From the IMG/VR virus record IMGVR_UViG_3300042997_000702, positions 1-46,968 of that record: DNA of 46,968 nucleotides; one strand, written 5' to 3'. This DNA comes from a virus (lineage: Duplodnaviria; Caudoviricetes). Under the pieces are notes generated by a model, which saw nothing but the letters and a program-made list of their open reading frames with translations, had not been told where the DNA came from and did no database searches. Shown here piece after piece: positions 19,669 through 29,809 of this stretch. The translations under genes were made by a program, and so were the position numbers. Position 1 is the stretch's first letter. Every line of letters begins with the position of its first letter.

Positions 19669-20413
19669 TACCACATTAATAACACAGTTTTTAACAAACA
19701 ACCACACAATAGATTGCGAAACCGGTGAAATATTATTACAACCAATTAAATATCGTTGGTCTCATGGTGCAACTGATTTACATTTAGGAGATGGGTTACT
19801 AATATATTCTTTAATACAATTTAGTAGAGCCAAAGTGTGCGTTTGTATAGGAAGTGGTGGTGGATTTATACCGAGATTAATGACACAAAGTAGAAAAGAC
19901 CTTTGGGAGCAAGGGGTGTTTACTGGCAATAATTCAACAGAATGGGGTGATATTGGGACAACTATTATAGTAGATGCAGATAATGGAGTAGGAGGGTGTA
20001 CTGATTGGACAGATGAAAATTCTTTTTTAAGGAATCACTTTCAACCACAACTCTTATTAGAAACATCAGAAAGAGCATACTATGATTATTTTATAAGACA
20101 GGATATAAAAATAGATTATTTACATATTGATGGAGACCATTCATATGAAGGTGTAAAGCGAGATTTTGAATTATACTCAACAATTATGTCAGAAAATAGT
20201 ATTATAACAATACACGATACTGATCAAAAATACCACGATACATTTTTAGTAACGGAAAGTGCGAAAAAAGATTATCAATCATTCGATGGGCCTGCTAAAT
20301 TTGTTAAAGAATTAGAAAAAAATAGTGATTGGAATTTGGTAAATTTAAAAAATTTCCGTATCTTTGATAAGAATACATCTAGCACTGGTATAACGATACT
20401 TACAAAAAAGTGA
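19646..20413 (+). CDS. Class I SAM-dependent methyltransferase (Methyltransf_24-like)
   Basis: VCIGSGGG, YLHIDGDHSYEGVKRDF and ITIHD. Confidence 0.8.
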   Translation: MSYMQLLNTTLITQFLTNNHTIDCETGEILLQPIKYRWSHGATDLHLGDGLLIYSLIQFSRAKVCVCIGSGGGFIPRLMTQSRKDLWEQGVFTGNNSTEWGDIGTTIIVDADNGVGGCTDWTDENSFLRNHFQPQLLLETSERAYYDYFIRQDIKIDYLHIDGDHSYEGVKRDFELYSTIMSENSIITIHDTDQKYHDTFLVTESAKKDYQSFDGPAKFVKELEKNSDWNLVNLKNFRIFDKNTSSTGITILTKK

Positions 20414-21264
20414 ATAAATTAAGATTAGTTACAGTAACAGGTTCTCGCACAAATACCTTATATCATATGTTGAAACATTATTCTCATTTAGTTGATGAAA
20501 TGTACATAGTGGTATATGAGTGGGAAGAGTTTAGTACATATGATTCAGTACAAGAAATTGTTTCTAAATTTCCAAATGCAAAAATAGTTAGAAGAGAGGT
20601 TAAAGAAAAGTTTAATTGGGAATATGTTACTCAATTATATAATGAAACTAAATTATTATATCCAAATGATTGGTGGGTAATTTCAGATGATGATGAATTT
20701 CATATCTATTCCGATTCACTAAAATCAATTATATCAGAATGTGATGCAAATGGTTGGGATATGGTTAGAGGTGGGTTTATAGACCGAATTGGTGAAAATG
20801 GTGAGATGGTAGAACTTTTAGATACAGATGATATATTTGAAAAGTTTCCATATGCAGGATTTTTTAGACACACATTAAGTGGTGCTAATCCTAATAAAAT
20901 TTGTATTGCAAAGGGATACGTTGAAATTACAAACGGACAACATTATGCAAAGATAGATGGGCATACTACTTGGAGATGGCAAGGTTGGAATCATCCACAA
21001 ATTGCACCAATTAAAAAATGTAATGTTCAAGTTCATCATTTCAAATGGGATAGTACCTGTGGAGATAGAATTAAAGAAGTTGCAAATCTACAAAAAGATT
21101 ACTCTTATTCAGAAGAATATAGAATAATGTATCGAGCATTATCAAAATATAGATTTAAATTACCGTTAGATGATGAGCGATTTGGGTTTGAATTATCACC
21201 AACTTATCATTATTTAGGATACTCAAAATGGAAACAATTAATTAACAAAATAATATCAATATAA
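20410..21264 (+). CDS. Glycosyltransferase, GT-A fold (GT2-like)
   Basis: HMLKHYSHLVD, WWVISDDDEF (DxD) and VHHFKW. GTG start overlaps the previous stop. Confidence 0.7.
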   Translation: MNKLRLVTVTGSRTNTLYHMLKHYSHLVDEMYIVVYEWEEFSTYDSVQEIVSKFPNAKIVRREVKEKFNWEYVTQLYNETKLLYPNDWWVISDDDEFHIYSDSLKSIISECDANGWDMVRGGFIDRIGENGEMVELLDTDDIFEKFPYAGFFRHTLSGANPNKICIAKGYVEITNGQHYAKIDGHTTWRWQGWNHPQIAPIKKCNVQVHHFKWDSTCGDRIKEVANLQKDYSYSEEYRIMYRALSKYRFKLPLDDERFGFELSPTYHYLGYSKWKQLINKIISI

Positions 21265-21296
21265 TTTGGTAATACCAAATAAAAATCGTAAATTAT
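21264..21296 (+). promoter_or_regulatory. Second host-type promoter, with an inverted repeat
   Basis: ATTTGGTAATACCAAAT...GTAAATT aligns without gaps to the 6618 element. TTTG + 20 nt + TAAATTAT (degenerate -7). ATTTGGT/ACCAAAT is a 7-bp inverted repeat. Confidence 0.5.
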
Positions 21297-21311
21297 TAAA
21301 AATAAAATAAT

Positions 21312-21551
21312 ATGGCAAAAAGTATAGTTACAAAAGAAGAAGTACAACCACAACAAAATGAATTACTTTTATTAGAACAAAAAAAAGTTAAAGCATTAGA
21401 AAAGATTGCTAACTCATTAGACGCTCTTACAGTTTGGTTTGAAGAAATCGATAAAGATGAGTGGGGTGCAAGAATACAATGGTATTTAGCAGAATTTCAT
21501 AAATTAGTTCCTAAAGAAGAAATAAAAGAGGAAACTGATACCAATGCATAA
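21312..21551 (+). CDS. Small helical hypothetical protein
   Basis: 79-aa ORF, first gene after the 21264 element, overlapping the next start. Confidence 0.65.
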   Translation: MAKSIVTKEEVQPQQNELLLLEQKKVKALEKIANSLDALTVWFEEIDKDEWGARIQWYLAEFHKLVPKEEIKEETDTNA

Positions 21552-22836
21552 ACTTGGCGTAATCATTCCATATCGAAATCGGTATGAACACCTTGCAGAA
21601 TTTAAAACACATATAGTTGAATATTTAAACAAAAAAAATATTCAGTATGAGTTAATAATTGTGCAACAGGATGATGCCAGGTTATTCAATCGTGGAATGT
21701 TACTTAACATCGGATTTAAAGAAGCAACAAAACTTAAATGTGATTATGTAGTATTTCACGATGTTGATATGTTGCCAGTTGATGTAGATTATTCTTATTC
21801 CGATACACCTATACATTTGGCAACTGATACCATTCCATTTGAATCATACTTTGGTGGTATTACACTATTTCCATCTGAATCGTTTGAAAAAATAAATGGA
21901 TTTTCCAATTTATATTGGGGATGGGGATTTGAAGATGATGACTTACGGTATAGATGTATAAAAAATGATGTTCCATTTCAAAATATTATAGGTGATACAT
22001 TTGCAAACGAAAAATTACCCATTTTCAATGGAGTAGATGCATACGCAACGATTCCAAATATTATAAATTATAATAGAAGTTTTAAAATAGAATTGGATAT
22101 TAATTTAGATAGAGTTATTTATGATGTAAATAAACAATTTGATATATTTCCTATTCTATCAATAAAAGGTTACGATTTAAAACTTTTTTATAATTCGTTT
22201 AATAGATTTTATTTGCAACTTTTTGATAAAAAAGGTAATTACTACGATGTTCATTCAGATATTGTAACAACCTCAAAAAATAAAATACTAATAGAATATA
22301 ATAAAAAAGAAAATGTAATTACCTTTATACTAAACGATATTACAAATGTGATTAAACTTTCAGATTATATATACAATTATTCTAATACAGATGACATAGT
22401 AATCGGCACAGATGCTACAAAAGAAAACTTTTTTAAAGGAACTATAAACGAATTATTATTAGAACAAAATGATGAAATACTAATACATTATAAAAATTAT
22501 AATATTACAAAATATTGTTTTACTGATATTTCTGGCAATAAAAATGATGGTAAATTATTTAATGTTTATTTAGATTATTTCAAACCTTTTCAAAATTACT
22601 ACGCATATATTCCATTTAGAAGAAATAGTAAATTGTTAAAATTGAAACATGATGATTGTGGCTTTAATGATGGTAGATGGAGAGATGATAATAGTAGATG
22701 GAATCAATTGAGATACAATAATGAAGTACAATTAGGGTATCACGATGATATTGATGATGGATTAAGCACTTGCACCTATACATTGTATAGTAAAACAAAA
22801 GATAATAAAATAACGCATTTAAATGTTGGAATATGA
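21544..22836 (+). CDS. GT7 (beta-1,4-galactosyltransferase-like) glycosyltransferase with inserted LamG-like domain
   Basis: IIPYRNR, FNRGMLLNIG, FHDVD, YFGG and GFSNLYWGWGFEDDD. Insert FNGVDAY...FKGTINE...DISGNKNDG. Confidence 0.85.
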   Translation: MHKLGVIIPYRNRYEHLAEFKTHIVEYLNKKNIQYELIIVQQDDARLFNRGMLLNIGFKEATKLKCDYVVFHDVDMLPVDVDYSYSDTPIHLATDTIPFESYFGGITLFPSESFEKINGFSNLYWGWGFEDDDLRYRCIKNDVPFQNIIGDTFANEKLPIFNGVDAYATIPNIINYNRSFKIELDINLDRVIYDVNKQFDIFPILSIKGYDLKLFYNSFNRFYLQLFDKKGNYYDVHSDIVTTSKNKILIEYNKKENVITFILNDITNVIKLSDYIYNYSNTDDIVIGTDATKENFFKGTINELLLEQNDEILIHYKNYNITKYCFTDISGNKNDGKLFNVYLDYFKPFQNYYAYIPFRRNSKLLKLKHDDCGFNDGRWRDDNSRWNQLRYNNEVQLGYHDDIDDGLSTCTYTLYSKTKDNKITHLNVGI

Positions 22837-24269
22837 AATTAGGAGTGTGTGTTCCATATAGAAATAGAGAAGCCCATATGAATGAGTTTGTTCCTCACGT
22901 TTCAAAGTTTTTAGAAGAAAGAGGAATCGAACATACAATCTATTTAGCGCATCAATGTGATGATAAACTTTTTAATAGAGGTTTAATGAAAAACATTGCC
23001 GCCGAACATGCTTTTAACGATGGGTGTGATTATATAGTATGGCATGATATTGATATGGTTCCCGAAGATGAGAGTTGTGATTATTCATTTCCAATAGACA
23101 ACCCACAACATATTGCAGTACGTATTTCACAATCCGATTATCAATTAAAATATGAGGAGTATTTTGGTGGAGCGGTTGTATTCTCAAAAGAACAGGTAGA
23201 ACGTACTAATGGGTACTCTAATGGTTATTGGGATTGGGGAATGGAAGATGATGACCTATTTTGGCGATGTATCCAAGAAGGGTACGCAAAATCGACCAGT
23301 TTGGATTATACAAACCGAAGCACTGTTGGATATTTCAATGGAAAAGATAGTAAAATATCGTTTGTAGGAGATAGAGATATTAGGAATGCAATATCAAACT
23401 CGCATACCGTTTCAATATTAGTAAAATCAGATCAACAGATAGAAAAAGTACCAATTTATTTAATAGGTGATAACGAAAGAAGATTTGTAGAATATCCGAT
23501 ATTTAGAAAGCCTGGATACGACTGGGGAATATCTTTTAATAATAGTAGAGCATATACTGCTATGTTATGGGATAGGACTAGGAAACATTTGTATCAATGG
23601 ATAAAACGTTATGAAAATCAATGGAGTTGGATAACGGTATCAGTTGATGATACTAAAAAAGAAATACATTTTTACCTAAATGGTATAGAGAGTGATGCAA
23701 GATTAGGAACGGGCACACTATCACCTCAAAAATACGAACAACCATTGAAGCGATATAGTATTGAACCATTTATGGTTGGGTATTCTAATACAATTTTAAA
23801 TGGCGAACCAAATCATTTCAAAGGGAGTATATCGAAAATACAAATGTGGGATAGATGTTTAACATCAGATGAAGTTAAAAATTTACATTTGGCAAATGTG
23901 ACAGATAATCTAATTTTAGATTTAAAGTTTGAAGATACTATAATAGAAACTCATTCAAATTTAAAATTAAATATTGAAAATGTTGAATTAATACAGAATG
24001 ATATAGTTATACCAGACACCATATTACCACATCGTAGAGATGGTAAATTTAAGTGTTTACCACACCAAACAGAGGGGTTAGTATCGGTTGGTGGTATTGA
24101 TAAGTGGGCAAAAGGAGATACCACTGCAAAGAATGAAGAAAGGTATATATTGCAGATGCAACAGGGTAAGTTGGATTACAAAGCAGATGGTATAAACTCA
24201 ATGAAATATGAATTGATATCTAGCGATAATATATTTGGTAGACATAAAATGATAAATGTAAAAGTATAG
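22833..24269 (+). CDS. GT7 glycosyltransferase with inserted LamG-like domain (tandem paralogue)
   Basis: VPYRNR, FNRG, WHDID, YFGG and GYSNGYWDWGMEDDD. Insert FNGKDS...FYLNG...FKGSISKIQMWDRCLT. Confidence 0.85.
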   Translation: MKLGVCVPYRNREAHMNEFVPHVSKFLEERGIEHTIYLAHQCDDKLFNRGLMKNIAAEHAFNDGCDYIVWHDIDMVPEDESCDYSFPIDNPQHIAVRISQSDYQLKYEEYFGGAVVFSKEQVERTNGYSNGYWDWGMEDDDLFWRCIQEGYAKSTSLDYTNRSTVGYFNGKDSKISFVGDRDIRNAISNSHTVSILVKSDQQIEKVPIYLIGDNERRFVEYPIFRKPGYDWGISFNNSRAYTAMLWDRTRKHLYQWIKRYENQWSWITVSVDDTKKEIHFYLNGIESDARLGTGTLSPQKYEQPLKRYSIEPFMVGYSNTILNGEPNHFKGSISKIQMWDRCLTSDEVKNLHLANVTDNLILDLKFEDTIIETHSNLKLNIENVELIQNDIVIPDTILPHRRDGKFKCLPHQTEGLVSVGGIDKWAKGDTTAKNEERYILQMQQGKLDYKADGINSMKYELISSDNIFGRHKMINVKV

Positions 24270-24271
24270 TT

Positions 24272-25687
24272 ATGGTAGATAAAAAGAGTTATAATGAAAA
24301 CCCAGTATATTTAAAAATTAAAGATGAACTAAACGAAGTTGGGGCTGGTATGTGTTTAGCTAAATGGACACAAGTTACTATGCAATTACAAAATGGGCAC
24401 AATCACTCCTGTCACCACCCTGCTACTCATAAAATTTCTCAATCAGAGATAGCTAGAAACCCATCTGCACTACACAATACAAAATTCAAAAAACTCAAAC
24501 GAAAGGAAATGTTGAGCGGCGGGAGACCAACTGAATGTGATTATTGTTGGAATGTAGAAGATAATTCGGATAGATTTTCAGATAGAATATTTAAATCTGG
24601 AGAAAATTGGTCATATCCATATATGGATGAAATTGTTAATTCTGATTGGAGAGAAGACTATAATCCAAAATATGTAGAGGTGGCATTCTCAAATGCTTGT
24701 AATTTTAAGTGTTCATATTGTGGTCCGGCTTATAGTTCAAAATGGGTAGAAGAAATAGAAAAATTTGGAGGATATCCAACGTTAGATAACTTCAATGAAA
24801 CAGAATGGTTGGTTAGAGAAAACAAAATGCCTATTAGGCATTCCGAATATAATCCATATGTTGAAGCGTTTTGGAAATGGTGGCCAGAATTATATAGAGA
24901 TTTACACACATTTAGAATAACAGGTGGAGAACCACTTATGAGTAAAGATACATGGGATGTATTAGATTTTATTATAAATGAACCAAATCCAAATAAAGAA
25001 CTTAAATTGGCAATAAACTCTAATTTAGGAGTGCCGGATAAATTGATTGATAAACTTATTGAAAAAATAAAAAGAATAGAAGATGAGGGTAGGGTTAAAG
25101 AGATTGTAATATTTACATCAACTGATACCTGGGGTGAACAGGCCGAATATATACGAAATGGTTTGGAATTTAATAGATTTTGGAATAACGTAAATAAAAT
25201 ATTAGCTTCATCAAATAGAACCATCGTAACATTCATGTCTACATACAACGCATTGAGTATATTTAATTACAATAGACTTATTTATGAAATATATAAATTA
25301 AAAGATACATACGCAAGTTCTGATAGATACTGGAACTCCGCAGTATTTTTAGATTCATCCTATTTGAGATACCCGTTGCATCAATCGGTTCAAATATTAC
25401 CTTATCAGTTTTCTAATAAAATATTGGATCAAGCTAAAATGATAACCTATTACGCGGCTCCATCATTTGATCCAAAACATATTGGATACAGTGATGTTGA
25501 AGTTCAAAAAGTAAAAAGAATATACGATTGGATGAATGCACCACAGGATACAACACAACAAATGAAAAATAGATATAGTTTTTATAAATTCTTTTCAGAA
25601 CACGATATTAGAAGAGGTACTGATTTTGTAAAAACATTTCCCGAATTAGAAGAATTTTATAATTTCTGTAAAACAATAAAAATATGA
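24272..25687 (+). CDS. Radical SAM enzyme with N-terminal twitch/SPASM-like Cys cluster
   Basis: CNFKCSYC and ITGGEP; N-terminal CLAKW...SCHH...ECDYCW. Confidence 0.88.
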   Translation: MVDKKSYNENPVYLKIKDELNEVGAGMCLAKWTQVTMQLQNGHNHSCHHPATHKISQSEIARNPSALHNTKFKKLKRKEMLSGGRPTECDYCWNVEDNSDRFSDRIFKSGENWSYPYMDEIVNSDWREDYNPKYVEVAFSNACNFKCSYCGPAYSSKWVEEIEKFGGYPTLDNFNETEWLVRENKMPIRHSEYNPYVEAFWKWWPELYRDLHTFRITGGEPLMSKDTWDVLDFIINEPNPNKELKLAINSNLGVPDKLIDKLIEKIKRIEDEGRVKEIVIFTSTDTWGEQAEYIRNGLEFNRFWNNVNKILASSNRTIVTFMSTYNALSIFNYNRLIYEIYKLKDTYASSDRYWNSAVFLDSSYLRYPLHQSVQILPYQFSNKILDQAKMITYYAAPSFDPKHIGYSDVEVQKVKRIYDWMNAPQDTTQQMKNRYSFYKFFSEHDIRRGTDFVKTFPELEEFYNFCKTIKI

Positions 25688-26448
25688 GTTTGAAAGTAGA
25701 TACAGATAATATATTTTTCCTTTTACCAGAAAGTAGATACGCAGTATCGGATAGAATTGATGGATGGATGGAAAAAGATTTTACATTATATTTAAGATTT
25801 AAAATTTTTCCAGAAGAATTAGAAATAGACAAAGAAGCGTTTGCTTTTTCTAGAAATGGTAAGCATTCCGGTATTAGTGTTATAAGAGTAGATGAAACCA
25901 AATATATAGTAAATTATACGTATTGGTTTGTCAAAACAAATGCAAATGGAAATTATGAATATCTCTGCAAACAAATTTATTATGAATTGCCTATAAATGA
26001 ACTAAATGAATTTAATGAATATATAATGATTTGTGATAGTTCTGATGGTGGAAAAATAGATTGTTATTTTAATAAAGAATTAATAGGAACAATTAAATTT
26101 GAAGATTATGATAGATTACCGTATGAACACGCATTTTATTGGTTTGGGTGTGGTAGCATGATATGTGAAGAACAACATCGTTATATTGGAAAATTTGAAT
26201 ACAATACTGCGTTTGTTTTAAATACAAAATTAACATTAGATGAATTATCTGATATTGTTGATAATTATGAAACCAAATACACATCACTAATATATAATGG
26301 TTTACGAGTATTAAATGATGATTTCAAATATAAAGCTAATTTTGCATTTTTTTGTGATTTTAAACAATATAATAGATATAAGATTTGGGATATAAGTTTT
26401 AATGGAAACTATCCTCAATTTTATATAGAAAATAATATTTATTTTTAA
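25684..26448 (+). CDS. Stand-alone LamG/ConA-like (lectin-fold) protein
   Basis: Pattern FTLYLRFK...IDCYFN...FGCG...GKFE...LTLDEL...WDISFNGN parallels the LamG inserts of the two GT7 genes. Confidence 0.45.
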   Translation: MSLKVDTDNIFFLLPESRYAVSDRIDGWMEKDFTLYLRFKIFPEELEIDKEAFAFSRNGKHSGISVIRVDETKYIVNYTYWFVKTNANGNYEYLCKQIYYELPINELNEFNEYIMICDSSDGGKIDCYFNKELIGTIKFEDYDRLPYEHAFYWFGCGSMICEEQHRYIGKFEYNTAFVLNTKLTLDELSDIVDNYETKYTSLIYNGLRVLNDDFKYKANFAFFCDFKQYNRYKIWDISFNGNYPQFYIENNIYF

Positions 26449-26457
26449 AAAATAGTT

Positions 26458-27429
26458 ATGAAAGTATTAATCACAGGTGGTGCAGGATATTTAGGCTCTG
26501 TTATCGTTGGTAAAATGTTAAATGCAGGGCATAGTGTTGTTGTTTTGGATAAACTATTATTTAATCAAACTTCATTATTACAATACACTTCTAATCCAAA
26601 TTTTAAATTTGTTTATGGAGATGTTCGGAATGTAACCGAATTGGAGATATTGTGTGAAAATGCAGATGTTATTATTCCATTGGCAGCAATTGTAGGGTTT
26701 CCTGCATGTGCATCAGACCCTCAACTCGCAAATGAAATTAACTTTAAGCAGATAGTTAATATTGTAAAATTTACAAAATATAAAAATAAAAAAATATTAT
26801 ATCCAAATACAAATAGTGGTTATGGAATTGGGGTTGGTCAAACGGAATGCACCGAAGAATCGCCATTAAATCCAATATCAGTATATGGCAATACCAAATG
26901 TTCAGCTGAAAACTTTTTAAGAGATAATACCGATGCTATAATATTTAGATTGGCAACTGTATTTGGTGTATCATCTCGTATGAGAACGGATTTATTAGTA
27001 AATGACTTTACATATAAAGCAATTACTGATAAGTATATAGTGGTATTTGAAAAAACTTTCAAAAGAAACTTCATACATATTGAAGATGTTGCATCCGCCT
27101 TTCTTTTTATGCTAGAAAACTATGATAAATACAAAGGTGAAGTTTTCAATGTAGGATTAAGTTCCGCAAATCTTTCAAAACAAGAATTATTAGAAAAAAT
27201 ACAATCGCATGTAAAAGATTTTGCAATAGCATACAACGATTATTATGAAGATCCAGATAAAAGGGATTACATTGTATCAAATGCTAAAATAGAAGCGACC
27301 GGTTGGTATCCACAATGGGATTTGGATAGAGGTATTAAACAATTGATACAAGCATATCAAATGATAGTTCCTAAAATGGGAGCAGAGTTTAGAAATGGGT
27401 TTCCATTGGGATACGCAAATCAAACATAA
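26458..27429 (+). CDS. NAD-dependent nucleotide-sugar epimerase/dehydratase (extended SDR)
   Basis: ITGGAGYLG, YGDV, LAAIVG, YGNTK (intact YxxxK), FRLATVFG and RNFIHIEDV. Confidence 0.92.
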   Translation: MKVLITGGAGYLGSVIVGKMLNAGHSVVVLDKLLFNQTSLLQYTSNPNFKFVYGDVRNVTELEILCENADVIIPLAAIVGFPACASDPQLANEINFKQIVNIVKFTKYKNKKILYPNTNSGYGIGVGQTECTEESPLNPISVYGNTKCSAENFLRDNTDAIIFRLATVFGVSSRMRTDLLVNDFTYKAITDKYIVVFEKTFKRNFIHIEDVASAFLFMLENYDKYKGEVFNVGLSSANLSKQELLEKIQSHVKDFAIAYNDYYEDPDKRDYIVSNAKIEATGWYPQWDLDRGIKQLIQAYQMIVPKMGAEFRNGFPLGYANQT

Positions 27430-27430
27430 T

Positions 27431-27967
27431 ATGAGTAATAAATGGGATGAGTTTCAAGTTACTCCATCAAAAACTTTTGGATTAGAAGTTCCACAATTCC
27501 AACCATCGGTATTTAGAGAATATAGAGGTGAAATATTTACAACATATCATTCTGCTGAACATCCTGTAAATAACTATATAACCAATGGGTGCGAAGTACA
27601 TAGTAGATTTTCTCGTTCATACAAAGGTGTATTGCGAGGATTACATTGGGATAACAAAACGTGGAAATTAGTACAAGCAACCGTAGGTGATATCTACTTA
27701 ATTGTATTAGATATGAGAATAACATCAGATACATATGGTGAATGGGAAAGTTATATTATAAGTGAAAGATTAAGAAATCAGGTATTAGTTCCACCTGGAT
27801 TTGCAAATGGGCACTATGCATTAACCGATTGTATGTTTCATTATAATCTATTCTATAAAGATGGTTACGTAGATGCAGATGCGCAAGGTGTAGTTAAATG
27901 GAATGATGAAGAATACCAAATGGAATGGCCAACAAATAACCCAATTTTACAAAAAAGAGATAGATAA
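27431..27967 (+). CDS. rmlC: dTDP-4-dehydrorhamnose 3,5-epimerase family (cupin)
   Basis: EYRGEIF, SYKGVLRGLH, KLV, VLDMR..S.TYGEW and VPPGFANG. Start placed at ATG 27431, just after the upstream stop, rather than 27395. Confidence 0.85.
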   Translation: MSNKWDEFQVTPSKTFGLEVPQFQPSVFREYRGEIFTTYHSAEHPVNNYITNGCEVHSRFSRSYKGVLRGLHWDNKTWKLVQATVGDIYLIVLDMRITSDTYGEWESYIISERLRNQVLVPPGFANGHYALTDCMFHYNLFYKDGYVDADAQGVVKWNDEEYQMEWPTNNPILQKRDR

Positions 27968-28602
27968 TGATACAAAATTTAGAACAATACGAAAGTGTTC
28001 CGGAGGTAGATCCTTTAATCATTCCACAAGATTTAATTGATTTTGAAAATCTTATAGTAAATCAATGGGAAGAAGGTAAAATTAGAGGACCGATTCATTT
28101 ATCAAGTGGAAATGAAGAAGAATTGATAAAGATATTTAAAAAAATATCAAATGATGATTGGGTGTTTTCTACGTGGCGTTCTCATTACCATGCTTTACTA
28201 AAAGGCATAGATCCAAAATGGTTAGAAACTGAAATTTTAAAAGGAAAATCTATAACAATATGTAAAACTGATGAAAAGTTTTATTCATCGGCAATTGTAG
28301 GTGGAACTCTTTCAATTGCATTAGGGGTAGCTATGGGAATTAAACAATCACAATCTAATGAAAAGGTTTGGTGCTTTATAGGTGATATGAGTTTTGAAAG
28401 TGGTATATTTTATGAAGTTCATAAATATGCTAGAAACTTTAATTTACCCTTATATTTTGTAGTTGAAGATAATGGTGTTTCAACATATACACCAACGGAA
28501 ACTACCTGGAATAAAAAAAGAGATATACCATCGGATGTAATACACTATACATACAAATCAAAATATCCACACTATGGCAGTGGTAAATGGATAGTATTTT
28601 AA
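27967..28602 (+). CDS. ThDP-dependent dehydrogenase E1 alpha-like subunit (short)
   Basis: GPIHLSSGNE, STWRSHYHALLKG, SAIVGG, and ThDP motif GDMS...VVEDN. Confidence 0.85.
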   Translation: MIQNLEQYESVPEVDPLIIPQDLIDFENLIVNQWEEGKIRGPIHLSSGNEEELIKIFKKISNDDWVFSTWRSHYHALLKGIDPKWLETEILKGKSITICKTDEKFYSSAIVGGTLSIALGVAMGIKQSQSNEKVWCFIGDMSFESGIFYEVHKYARNFNLPLYFVVEDNGVSTYTPTETTWNKKRDIPSDVIHYTYKSKYPHYGSGKWIVF

Positions 28603-28603
28603 A

Positions 28604-29809
28604 ATGAAATATAATTCAGAATTAAACGGGTTTAAAAAATTTATATCAGAATGGGATATAGATAGTGAGTATGTATTATTCGGTGCGAGCAAGGAATGCG
28701 TTCAATTTATAAGAAGTTTAGATTATTTGTTTCAAGATTCTAAATTAAAAATAAAATGTATTGTAGATCATGATATCAGTGATACTACCAATGCCGATAA
28801 TTTAAATGAAATAAGTTCATATTATCGAGAATCAAAAGATTTTAAAAGTAATAGAACTAATATACCGTTGGTACATATTGATAATTTTTCATTAAATGGA
28901 AATGAAAAAGTTATAATTACAACAGATGAATATAGAAACAAATATAAGAGTTATTTAGATGAACACAATATAGCAAACACTTGGTATAAAAATATAGCTT
29001 CTATTTGGCCTTATGGGTATTTGGGTAAAGTTCATATATTTCAAACAGATGTGCTTGTAACGGAACGGTGTAATCTAAACTGCTCACATTGTAATATGTT
29101 CATACCACACTTTGAATCACCTAACCATAGAGAACTGGATAGTATAATAACCGATGTTGATTTGTTTTTTAATAGTGTGGATTATGTTAGTATATTTCAT
29201 TTAGTTGGTGGTGAACCGTTTTTGTATCCAAATATAGAGAATATAATTTCACATATATTAAAGAATTATATTGAAAAGATTGATAAATTTATAATTACAA
29301 CAAATGGTACAATTATACCAAAACCCACTACAATTGAAATATTAAAGACTAACAATGTTATATTGAGTATTAGTGATTATTCGGATAAATTAAAAAAATT
29401 AAAAAGTAAAATTACTAAAAATATAGAAATATATAAATCTAACAATATAAAACACTATGTAAGAAATGAAATCGAGTGGTATGATTTTGGAGATTTGAGA
29501 ATAAAAAAGTTTATGAAACCAGATGCTTTAATAAAGCACTTTGATAGTTGTACTGCTCCATTTAGAGGATTGAATGATGGTAAATTTTATTATTGCCATC
29601 TTAATACTAGTGCAGTTTTAACAAAGGCATTCCCACTTAATCAAAACGATTATGTAAAAATGGATACCGTTTCAAAAGAAGATTTAATTAAATTTGACTT
29701 AGGGTTTACAGATTTGGGATATATTACATTTTGTGATAATTGTAATGGTTGTAATACCGGAATTAAAATACCGGTTAGTTATGAAAAACAGGGTTTAAGA
29801 GAGTTATGA
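28604..29809 (+). CDS. Radical SAM enzyme with N-terminal Rossmann-like domain
   Basis: CNLNCSHC, VGGEPFL and TTNGT; C-terminal C..GKFYYC...CDNC; N-terminal YVLFGAS. Confidence 0.88.
   Translation: MKYNSELNGFKKFISEWDIDSEYVLFGASKECVQFIRSLDYLFQDSKLKIKCIVDHDISDTTNADNLNEISSYYRESKDFKSNRTNIPLVHIDNFSLNGNEKVIITTDEYRNKYKSYLDEHNIANTWYKNIASIWPYGYLGKVHIFQTDVLVTERCNLNCSHCNMFIPHFESPNHRELDSIITDVDLFFNSVDYVSIFHLVGGEPFLYPNIENIISHILKNYIEKIDKFIITTNGTIIPKPTTIEILKTNNVILSISDYSDKLKKLKSKITKNIEIYKSNNIKHYVRNEIEWYDFGDLRIKKFMKPDALIKHFDSCTAPFRGLNDGKFYYCHLNTSAVLTKAFPLNQNDYVKMDTVSKEDLIKFDLGFTDLGYITFCDNCNGCNTGIKIPVSYEKQGLREL

Noticed and set aside
27395-27430. Longer rmlC start at 27395
   Set aside because: Would overlap the upstream gene by 35 nt; ATG 27431 directly follows its stop.
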